The position numbers were made by a program, and so were the translations under genes. 64,000 nucleotides of DNA, taken from assembly GCF_009914755.1 (NCBI RefSeq), contig NC_060929.1; one strand, given 5' to 3'. Source of the DNA: the human T2T-CHM13v2.0 reference genome, Homo sapiens. Positions 47,269 through 64,000 of the stretch are shown here, piece by piece. Position 1 is the first letter of the stretch. Each line of letters begins with the position of its first letter. The notes under the pieces were generated by a model. It searched no databases and had not been told where the DNA came from. It worked only from the letters and a program-made list of their open reading frames with translations.

Positions 47269-48460
47269 CAGGTGGATATTTTAAATGTATATATAAAAAA
47301 AAAAACCACAAAAAACAAAACTGAGCAAGGAAATCTATTTTAGAAAAACTGTATCTGTGAAAAACTTTTTTATTTATTTGAATAAAATATTGATCCCAAA
47401 TAGGGCAGGAGAAACTGTCACATTTCTCTGGTTCAAGGCAAAAATATTTATAGAAGAAAAATATAATCAAAATACCTATTTTTAATTGGATATTTGAATT
47501 TTACATCAGAAAATTAAATCTCCAAAATAGTTATGTTACATGCTTATACCACAGTACAATACAAATAAAAAATATAATTCTTACATTTGCTACGCCGACT
47601 CCTTCATTAATTTACCATGCCCTTTGTGAGGATTTGAGACTGTGAGCCTTCATCTTACCTATCCTGTATTTTTTTCTGGGTACAAAGCAGTGACCTGAAA
47701 CATATAGACTTTTCAGAATGATTTGTCATTTTTCCATAATGGAGGAAAACAAGAGCAGAAAGTCCAGAACTTTAGAGTCAAGGGCAATGGAGAAATTCAG
47801 TTCAACCATAATATTACCAAATGGGAACAGACTAGAAGTGAAGATCTTATAAAAAATCTGAACTCAAGATTTCCTAAAGTTCTTTTACTTTTGTTTAGCT
47901 GTTGAGAGTCACAAGGCAAGTCTCAATATAGCCTGTCTACGGGAGAAAATTACTAAGCCCCACAGAGCCCACTAGAAAGATGCAGGGAGGATCTATGCTG
48001 GGAGTACAGGCCAATAGCACCTTTGAGAATAGGACCCTCTGCCATACTGTGAGAAGAAAAACTACAAGATTAATGTGATATCCAGCTTATCAACTAGTAT
48101 TTAATAACACTTAAAAAATTCATACATCATAAATTACAGAAATAATAATTAAGAACTGAATCATTTGTGAATTGTGAAGTAGAACTGTTGGTTCGTAGTT
48201 AAGTGCTTGGTAATTGTGTTGTTCACTAATTAATTAAAAAATATATATATTTTTTGGCATCAAGTATCTGCCAAGCAGTGTTCCAGATGCTGGAGAGCAG
48301 TGAGAACAAAAATCTCTGCCCTTATGGGGTATACATTTTAGAAGGGAGAGAAAAGACTAAATAAGCAGATCATGTCCTGGAAAAGGTGAAATTTGAGTGA
48401 ATTTTGACAAGAGCTCAGATCCCAAAAATCCTGAGATTTTTAAGTAAAAAGAGTTCTATT

Positions 48461-49210
<750 letters not shown>

Positions 49211-49664
49211 TGCCCAGGCTTGCTTAGGTAAACAAAGCAGCTGGGAAGCTCGAACTGGGTGGAGCCCACCACAGCTCAAGGAGGCCTGCCTGCCTCTGTA
49301 GGCTCCACCTATGGGGCAGGGCACAGACAAACAAAAAGACAGCAGTAACCTCTGCAGACTTAAATGTCCCTGTCTGACAACTTTGAAGAGAGCAGTGGTT
49401 CTCCCAGCACCCAGCGGGAGATCTGAGAACGGGCAGACTGCCTCTTCAAGTGGGTCCCTGACCCCTGACCCCCGAGCAGCCTAACTGGGAGGCACCCCCC
49501 AGCAGGGGCACACTGACACCTCACATGGCTGGGTACTCCGACAGACCTGCAGCTGAGGGTCCTGTCTGTTAGAAGGAAAACTAACAACCAGAAAGGACAT
49601 CCACACCAAAAACCCATCTGTACATCACCATCATCAAAGACCAAAAGTAGATAAAACCACAAAG

Positions 49665-50681
49665 ATGGGGAAAAAACAGAGCAGAAAAACTGGAAACTCT
49701 AAAAAGCAGAGTGCCTCTCCTCCTCCAAAGGAACACAGTTCCTCACCAGCAACGGAACAAAGCTGGACGGAGAATGACTTTGACGAGCTGAGAGAAGAAG
49801 GCTTCAGACGATCAAATTACTCTGAGCAATGGGAGGACATTCAAACCAAAGGCAAAGAAGTTGAAAACTTTGAAAAAAATTTAGAAGAATGTATAACTAG
49901 AATAACGAATACAGAGAAGTGCTTAAAGGAGCTGATGGAGCTGAAAACCAAGGCTCAAGAACTATGTGAAGAATGCAGAAGCCTCAGGAGCCAATGCAAT
50001 CAACTGGAAGAAAGGGTATCAGCGATGGAAGATGAAATGAGTGAAATGAAGCGAGAAGGGAAGTTTAGAGAAAAAATAATAAAAAGAAATGAACAAAGCC
50101 TCTGAGAAATATGGGACTATGTGAAAAGACCAAATCTGCGTCTGATTGGTGTACCTTAAAGTGACGGGGAGAATGGAACCAAGTTGGAAAACACTCTACA
50201 GGATATTATCCAGGAGAACTTCCCCAATCTAGCAAGGCAGGCCAACATTCAGATTCAGGAAAAACAGAGAACGCCACAAAGATACTCCTCGAGAAGAGCA
50301 ACTCCAAGACACATAATTGTCAGATTCACCAAAGTTGAAATGAAGGAAAAAATATTAAGGGCAGCCAGAGAGAAAGGTCGGGTTACCCTCAAAGGGAAGC
50401 TCATCAGACTAACAGCGGATCTCTTGGCAGAAACCCTACAAGCCAGAAGAGAGTGGGGGCCAATATTCAACATTCTTAAAGAAAAGAATTTTCAACCCAG
50501 AATTTCATATCCAGCCAAACTAAGCTTCATAAGTGAAGGAGAAATAAAATACTTTACAGACAAGCAAATGCTGAGAGATTTTGTCACCACCAGGCCTGCC
50601 CTAAAAGAGCTCCTGAAGGAAGCACTAAACATGGAAAGGAACAACCGGCACCAGCCACTGCAAAATCATGCCAAAATGTAA
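49665..50681 (+). pseudogene. L1 ORF1p (disrupted)
   Basis: MGKKQSRKTGNSK...LQNHAKM; in-frame stops at 50103-50105 (TGA) and ~50157-50159 (TAA). Confidence 0.95.
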
Positions 50682-50744
50682 AGACCATTGAGACTAGGAA
50701 GAAACTGCATCAACTAATGAGCAAAATAACCAGCTAACATCATA

Positions 50745-54593
<3,849 letters not shown>

Positions 54594-54796
54594 ACAATGA
54601 GAACACATGGACATAGGAAGGGGAGCATCACACTCTGGAAACTGTTGTGGGGTGGGGGGAGGGGGGAGGGATAGCATTGGGAGAGATACCTAATGCTAGA
54701 TGACGAGTTAGTGGGTGCAGCGCACCAGCATGGCAGATGTATACATATGTAACTAACCTGCACATTGTGCACATGTACCCTGAAACTTAAAGTATT

Positions 54797-54885
54797 AAAA
54801 AAAAAAAGTTCTATTGGCTGAGTGATTCTTATATTTCAGAACTTTATTTCATTTATTCTTACAACTTTGTAAGGTGTATTTTATT
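54797..54885 (-). terminator. ERCC8: Candidate distal poly(A) signal cluster (long ERCC8 3'UTR isoform)
   Basis: Three minus-strand AATAAA (plus TTTATT at 54843-48, 54852-57, 54880-85) followed by a T11 run (the antisense L1 tail). Consistent with my recollection of a multi-kb ERCC8 3'UTR. Confidence 0.5.
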
Positions 54886-55106
54886 CCCGTTCTACAAATG
54901 AATAAACTTGCAAAATCAAATAGGTAATCAATGATGGCTCCATAATAATTCACATGGAAACTTTGCTTTAAAAGTGTAATTCAGGCAAAATTCATTCCAT
55001 TAGAATTTGAGTGTTCACTCAGTATTAAGACAATTCATAAAACTTTTATAATGACACTCTACCTCTGCCTTCAATGAACTTTAATTATAATTAGTTTAGA
55101 ACCTAA

Positions 55107-55504
<398 letters not shown>

Positions 55505-55576
55505 CTTCCTTCATTTTTAACCAATGAAAAAAGAAGGAAAAAAAATATCCAAATGTATATGTTTCCTTGGTAGTGA

Positions 55577-55813
<237 letters not shown>

Positions 55814-56083
55814 TGAAAAAAATAATCTTACCATTCTTTAATGTCCATAGTGATCATCACTGAGTTATTCTAATAACTTTTTCCATAATACTCTGAATTT
55901 TGCATATATATGTAAGAAACCATTAGAATATTACAATAAAAGTTAATAACTCAGTTCTCAAAGACTTATTAGGAATGTTCTTTGTTTTAGCATAAGTTTG
56001 AACAGTGTATTTATTTAGAAAATATACAGATTTACACAATAGTGGATGATACCATCATGCAGGGTGTAGAGAAGCTGGAATTA

Positions 56084-56568
<485 letters not shown>

Positions 56569-56886
56569 TTAACAAACTGTCAAGGCATAAAAACACGAGC
56601 AGCTTAATGAACTTAGTCTTAACATTGACTTAATTGTGTTTTTAGAGACAGAATAACTAACCAGGTTGGGACAGAGACACCCATTTCTTTCTAGACCTCA
56701 GAAGAGCATGAACTCGGAGAGCGGTTATCAATCCACTAGCACAAAGTTTACCAGTATCTTCATGAGGAGTGGTCAGTCAAGAGGACATTGGGCACCTGAA
56801 AAGTCCTACACACAGAGAACTAAGAGAGGTCGCAACATAGTTCTTTAATTTTACCCCCTTCCTTTGAAATTTTAATTGTCTAATTA

Positions 56887-56932
56887 TTAGGTTGGTGCAA
56901 AAGTAATTGCAGTTTTTGTGATTACTTTTAAT
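56887..56932. mobile_element. Half MADE1 (Hsmar1-derived MITE)
   Basis: ttaggttggtgcaaaagtaattgcagtttttg...attactttta matches one MADE1 TIR. Confidence 0.85.
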
Positions 56933-58730
56933 AAAAACAAAAAACAAGAAGCCACATGGCAGCAAAAGAAGTATGCCTTCTGTATCTGAGGATGTTGCTG
57001 ATAGAGCTAGCAAGATAGAAAAATTTGTATTATAATAAATGATTTGTAATAATTCTAAGCACCCAGGAGGTTTACAACAGTGATTCTAGGTAGCACATTA
57101 AGAACTACACACATATTCTTTGCAAAGAAGAAAAAATGTTTATGATTAAACTTCGTTAGTTTTCTTCCCTGAATTTAATACTTTTCCAGAATTAAAACAG
57201 AAGAACTAGCACTATCCTGAGCCCTAGATTTAACCTTCCGATGTCCAGAAATTCATTACAATAGAAAGCAAAGTGATTGTTTTCCTTTCTGTAATTAGCT
57301 TTCCCTGCTATATTTTTCGACAGGCAATATTCTAATTGTGCTAGGCTTGCCATTCCATTTCTGGCATAGTTAGAGTGATTTTAAGTTTACTGCTTTAGTG
57401 ATAAGTTTTTTAGTTCGGGCTCAATAATTAGCACCTGAACATGGAAAACATTAAATTAAAAAAATGGAAATTTACCAAAGTATTTGTTTATAAAAATTAT
57501 AGAATTCACAGAAACGTCTTTAGCTTCTCTAGTCTTCAGTAGTTATATCATTTTTATAGAAATAACAAAGTATTAGTATATTACTCAACAGTAATGAAAT
57601 ATTTCTGAATGAAAACTGTGTAGCCCTTATTTAAGTACCTAATTTGAGGTTTTCCTTTCCATTGTGAAATAGTGATTTTGCTTTGAAAAATAATTGAGAT
57701 TAGTTTGCTGATGCAATATTTTTCTACCACTGTCTCATTTCGATTTTAAATAATAAAGCTAATGGTGTGTCTCTCACCAATACTGAGCTCTACAAACCTA
57801 TGTGTCTCTTACTGAAGAGCTTCGTTTTGAAATTACTTTATCTATTATTATAATTGGTACAGTTTAAGGTTTTGTCTTTAGAGAATTTTTTAAAGGTTTT
57901 AAAATCTATTTTAAATGGGGCTTTTTAGTATAAACTGGACACAAGGAACACTTCAGTTCATGGGATAACTTTTTTTCTCTATTAAGGTGTTCCCTTAATT
58001 CTAAAGTAAAGGCATGGTAGCAAGTTTAAAAGAGAGGTCAAGCTGATCTACGATGTGATTTTTTAGGCTTCTGGTTAAAAATAGATTTATGGCTATGTTA
58101 ATAAAATGTGCATTTATTATTTCTACATATTTTTTTAAAACTAGGCATTTCATAGGTGTACCATAATGACTAGTTAAAAATGGAATCAAAGTGAAGTGAA
58201 CAAATGGCCTAAGTATTCTTTGAAATATGGCAGAATATAAGTACCTTAGGTGACGAAAGGACAGCCAAGACAGCGTGAAAGGAAAACATATAAAATGTAC
58301 AAGGCACTGGAGAGAAGTTATACATGATCGCTGCCTTCATAATAGATTCATTGATATACAATGTGAATAAGGGTTGACAAATACCAGTTGAATAAACAAT
58401 TATTAAAAAGTTTCAAGTGGAAGCCTCCCATATTTCTCCACTATATTTTTGCAAGTGCTTAACAAAACAAAACAAAACAAAACAAGGGTTTAGGGTGGGG
58501 AGGGGAATAAAACAATAATCAAAAGTCTCCCCTAATTATCACAGTCAGGCCTGAATTAGTAACCTTGAATATCAAACACAAACTCTCAAAGTATAGGACA
58601 GAAACAACAAAACAAGTAATTATTAAGCACCTACTACATGCCAACTACAGTTCTAAGAATTGAAACAAAACAAAACAAAAAGGGCAAGGAGAAACGAAAA
58701 GATAAGACAATGAAAGAGAAGTCGAAGTCA

Positions 58731-59500
<770 letters not shown>

Positions 59501-60165
59501 TTCAACAACTAAATTGTACAAATTGTACACCAAAATATACCAAGAAAAATATAGTACAGTTCCCAGTCTTCACTAATAAACATGTAGCCTTGAACAGGGG
59601 ACCAGCTGAAAACAACTGGGGGACATTCACAAAATGCAGTATGATGCAGTTAACAAAAAGAATAACTTTGTTATAACAAATGACAGAGAGGGATTTATAT
59701 AAGCTGTAACTGCAAAATATAATTTAAAAACTTTGTATATCCCAGTTCTGCAAAATAAAAATACATCCCCTATATGTCTGCATAGATATATATAGGATTG
59801 CAATATGAAAGAACACAGTCTAGGTTAATAACTTGGTTTGTGGCAGCAGGGGTAAGGACTGGGGAATGTGGTACTAATGTGGAAAGAGAGGGGTGTTTAT
59901 AACAACAGCTTGTTGAACATCCCATTATGTAAAATTATATGTATCATAAGAGATTCATGAAGAATGACCATGAAAATGTTAGTGGTGGTTACCTTATGGT
60001 ATTATAATTCCAGGTGACCACTACCTTCCTTTTTAGATTTTTATGTTGTTTGAATTATTTATAATGAGCCTATATATCTATATAACTAGAAGTAAGTAAA
60101 ACAGTTACTTGCAGTTTGGAAGCAGACTTCCTTTTTCTTAAAAATAAATTTCCAATTTTAATAGC

Positions 60166-60463
60166 TTTTCTTTTCTTTTTCTTTTGGGAGACACAAGGTC
60201 TCGCCATGTCACCCAGGCTGGAGTGTAGTGACACGATCTTGGCTCAATGCAGCCGTGACTTTACAGGTTCAAGTGATTCCCCAGCCTGAGTCTCCCAAGT
60301 AGCTGGGACTACAGGTGTGCACAACACACTTGGTTAATTTTTGTATTTTTTATTTAGAGACGAGGTTTTGCCATGTTGCCCAGGCTGGTCTTGAACTCCT
60401 GAGCTCAAGTGATCTGCCTGTCTCAGCTCACAAAGTGTTAGGATTACAACCACCGTGCCCGGC
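60166..60463 (-). mobile_element. Alu (J-type)
   Basis: Diverged antisense dimer; TSD aatagctttt. Confidence 0.88.
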
Positions 60464-60562
60464 CAATAGCTTTTTCAAACTAGCTTTTTCAAAGGTCAAA
60501 TGCATCCTCACCAAGGGGACAAGATTGAAAGTAGAATGGCCTGGGCTTAATAAATCAATGAT

Positions 60563-61675
60563 TTGAAACTATCAGAAGAAAACATGGAGAAAATGCTCCA
60601 TGACATTGGTCTGGGCAATGATTTTTTTGGATACGATCTCAAAAGCACAGTAACAAAAGCACAAGTACAGAAATGAAATTACATGAAACTAAAAAGCTTC
60701 TGCACAGCCAAGGAAACAATTAATAGGGTGAAGAGACAACCTACAGAATGGAGAAAAAATATTAACTATAGATCTGATAGGGGGTTAATATCCAAAATAC
60801 ATAAGGAACTCAATAGCAGGAAAACAACCCATTTAAAAATGGGCAAAGAACCTGAAAAGACAGTTCTCAAAAGAAGACATGCAAATGGCCAGCAGATATA
60901 TGAAAAAATTATCAACATCAGCAGTCACCAGGGAAATGCAAATTAAAACAACGAGATACCACCTAACACCTGTTAGAATGGCTACTATCAATAACACAAA
61001 AGATAACAAGTGTTGGCAAGGATGTGAAGAAAAAGGATTTCTTGCATTATTGTGAAGAAAAAGGAATTCTTGCATATTCTTGGTAGGAATGTAAATTAGT
61101 ACAGCCATTATGGAAGACAGTATGGAGTTTCTGCAAAAAGTTAAAAATAGAACTACATATGATCCAGCAATCCTAATACTGGGCTTATATCCAAAGGATA
61201 TGAAATCAGTATGTCAAAGAGATATCTGCACTACCAGGTTCACTGCAGCATTATTCACAATAGCCAGGATATGGTATCAACCTAAGCATCTGTCAATGGT
61301 TGAATGGATAAAGAAAATGTAGTACATATACACAAACAGCTGATCTCATAGAAGTAGAGAGTAGAATGGTGGTTACCAGGAGCTAGGGTTGTTGGAGAAA
61401 CATTGGTCAAAGGATACAAAATTTCAGTTAAAAAGGGGGAATTAGTGCAAGAGACCTATTGCACAACATAGTAACTATAGTTACAATTACAAGATTACTA
61501 TTAATTTTGAAAAATAAGAGAATGGATGTAAAGTGTTCTTACCACAAAATGGTAACCATGTGAGGCATATGTCAGTTAGCTAGATTTAGTCATTCTATAA
61601 TGTATATATGCTTCAAAACAGTATGTTGTACATGGTAAATACATACAATTTTATCTGTCAATTGGAAAAAAAAAT
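60563..61675 (+). mobile_element. L1MA-type 3' fragment
   Basis: ORF track shows L1 ORF2 C-terminal remnants ([22 protein letters not shown]; [13 protein letters not shown]) followed by an L1MA-type 3'UTR. Confidence 0.85.
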
Positions 61676-61741
61676 CAATTGTAAAAGCAAGTGTTTGGAA
61701 AACATTTAGCTGGAAAGGTCTGATAGGAGGTCTAACCCTTA

Positions 61742-62086
<345 letters not shown>

Positions 62087-62184
62087 TTACTTTTGGTATT
62101 CAAGCTCATAAAAGCCTCATTTACTAGTCTACTGCTGGTAAGGATCAGGAAGGGAAAATTAAGATTACCTTCATGATAATCACG

Positions 62185-62232
62185 TGTGGGTTGACACAGA
62201 CGGAGACAATAACATAGAAATTTTATTACAGC
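62185..62232 (-). terminator. ERCC8: Proximal polyadenylation signal of ERCC8
   Basis: Minus strand TGTAATAAAA (UGUA overlapping AAUAAA), followed by a GU/U-rich downstream stretch tttctatgttattgtctccgtctgtgt. Confidence 0.7.
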
Positions 62233-62985
62233 ATTTCATGTTTAAGCCAGATTCCCTGCCAGGATATTTTCTGCTTGAATTAATGAGGCAGGATTTGGTC
62301 ATACCTTAATGAGTTTCACAGAAAAAGAGTTCAAGCATTAGCGCAAACTGCCTTCTGACATTAAAATAAAATAAAGCAAACATGGGATTTTCACAAAGTT
62401 AAAAGCCTCCTGTGATGCACATTTTGGATAGTAGGAGACATTGAGCCCCAAAATGTTTAACATAAAGCATGGTTAATTAAATGAAACCACTGAAAAATGT
62501 GAATACATGAAGAAGAAAGAATAAAATAATTTTGATGTTACCATTTCAACTACTATTTTTGATATAATCATTCTTGGCAAAATCATTCTTAAAGGTGGAA
62601 ACGAGCAGGCTGATAGTACAGCAAGTAAGAGAAAGTCAATACTGATGGCCTCCACTTGCTGATCCTCTGAGACTGCATCTTATAGTTCATAAAATCTGCT
62701 GAAGGTCACAACTGAGGTACAACGACTTGTGTTACTTGTACTGTAGCAATGAGGGCTTTCCCAGGCCACAACATCTGGGATCAAGGAACACATTTTGACT
62801 AAATAAACTATACAGAAGTCTGTTTTAGGATTTTATGCAAATATTAACCTCATTTTAAAACATGAGGAAAAATATTACCCGCATTTAGGGCTAATTTAGC
62901 TGTCAGGAATAGACCATACAGTTGAAAAAAACACAGTCTCATTTAAAAAGTTTCAGCAGAGACAAAAAGGTACTAAAGATGATAT
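62200..62985 (-). other. ERCC8: ERCC8 proximal 3'UTR
   Basis: Non-repetitive sequence from the TGA to an AATAAA at 62227-62222 on the minus strand. Confidence 0.75.
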
Positions 62986-63054
62986 TCATCCTTCTTCATC
63001 ACTGCTGCTCCAGGCATCTTCAAAGGCCGGATTTAATTGTGATTTTGTTGTAGT
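62986..63054 (-). CDS. ERCC8: Last coding exon of ERCC8 (Cockayne syndrome A, WD40 DCAF of CRL4-CSA)
   Basis: Minus strand: polypyrimidine tract plus AG acceptor (tcttttttttttttag) then phase-0 ACT ACA ACA AAA TCA CAA TTA AAT CCG GCC TTT GAA GAT GCC TGG AGC AGC AGT GAT GAA GAA GGA TGA = TTTKSQLNPAFEDAWSSSDEEG*, matching the CSA C-terminus as I recall it. Too short for the ORF track. Confidence 0.93.
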   Translation of the reverse strand, partial: TTTKSQLNPAFEDAWSSSDEEG

Positions 63055-64000
63055 CTAAAAAAAAAAAAGATAAAGAAAAAGGAAGATTCTGTTTTTTCTA
63101 CCTCATAATTTTAGGCTCACAATAAAGTTATGAAATATATCAGATAAATAGCAATTACATTATTTTGGAAGAAAATGTATAACTGTTAATTTCAGAACAA
63201 AAATAAGAAACAACCCATATACAATATAAGATAATGTAACTTCATTTGAAACAGACAACACCAGACTTTATCCAAACACCCTGTTTCCTTTAATCACTTC
63301 ACAAATACATACATACACACATACATACATATACTATGATGCTGCCATTGCTCAAGGTATTTCTCAACAACTCTTTGGAATTACCTGGAGAAAGTGGCAC
63401 TCTGATATCCATAGGCTAAGACTGGACTCCAGGTGTACAGTCTGACCTGACAGCCCAAAATATCAATGGTGGCAACTCTTTATTGTTTGGATGAAAATAA
63501 CTTTTATAAATAAACAAATACCAAATATGGAGAATAAGGTATTCAAGCTGAATAATACCATTTTTAGTCCAAAAATAATGTGGGTTATTAAGTAGTGATA
63601 TTTATGTACTTATTTGTAAGCAGTGATATTTAATTACTTATTTTTATAGGTTGGTAGGGCAGTTCAGTAAAACATGCAAAATACGTCAGAAATGGTAACA
63701 CGTTTATAGTCAGCACATAGGTTTCCCTCAGGGATTTGTCTGAAGGATAACATGCATCTAGATGATGTTTATTTAAAACAACAAGGTGATTAGCAACTAC
63801 AGAAATTTTAATCATCTGTGGTATTTCAAATCAGTTCATTTTGGGGAAAACTTCTGAATAGCTACTTCTGATACTCATGCAAATAACTAAAAGGGCTTTA
63901 AGATGGTCTCATTGTTAAAGTAATTGGGTATTATGAGCCAGGTTTGCTTCTTTTTGTGCAACTTTTACAACTACTACAATTTTATTCAGATTCCAATTCC
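63055..64000 (-). other. ERCC8: 3' part of the last ERCC8 intron
   Basis: Lies upstream (minus sense) of the last-exon acceptor; AT-rich, short (TACA)n at ~63304-63332. Confidence 0.8.

Noticed and set aside
59511-59529. aattgtaca tandem/palindromic 9-mer
   Set aside because: Too short to distinguish from chance or slippage in AT-rich old repeat DNA.
62706-62774. Alternative acceptor (ttccttgatcccag) in the ERCC8 3'UTR opening MLWPGKALIATVQVTQVVVPQL*
   Set aside because: Weak pyrimidine tract and no independent support; ORFs this short arise by chance.

Overview
Repeat-rich human (primate) genomic DNA, most likely the ELOVL7-ERCC8 interval on chr5q12.1. The only host coding sequence I can support is the last coding exon of ERCC8/CSA (minus, 62986-63054, TTTKSQLNPAFEDAWSSSDEEG*), followed by a 3'UTR with a proximal poly(A) signal at ~62222 and a candidate distal cluster at ~54843-54885. 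A CpG island at ~31.8-32.9 kb holds a minus-strand non-coding first exon (donor GCG|GTGAGT at 32524). By synteny this is ELOVL7 exon 1, which makes bases 1-32523 intron 1. Between the genes is a full-length but inactivated L1PA2/PA3-type LINE-1 (48758-54807, plus) fused directly to the tail of an AluY, with one 20-bp direct repeat enclosing both. The rest is about 36 Alus (including a young AluYa5), MaLR LTRs, L2, MIR, old L1 fragments, MITEs and simple repeats. Nearly all ORFs in the track are artefacts of these repeats. I see no evidence for a wholly new gene system. The best leads are regulatory: an L1 antisense promoter/ORF0 aimed at ELOVL7, an L1 tail that may supply the downstream element of the distal ERCC8 poly(A) site, a palindromic kB-like 26-bp minisatellite next to the promoter, a nested inverted-Alu cluster, and an inverted pair of the same MITE. 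Gene identities come from recall and synteny; repeat coordinates and subfamilies were read by eye and are approximate.
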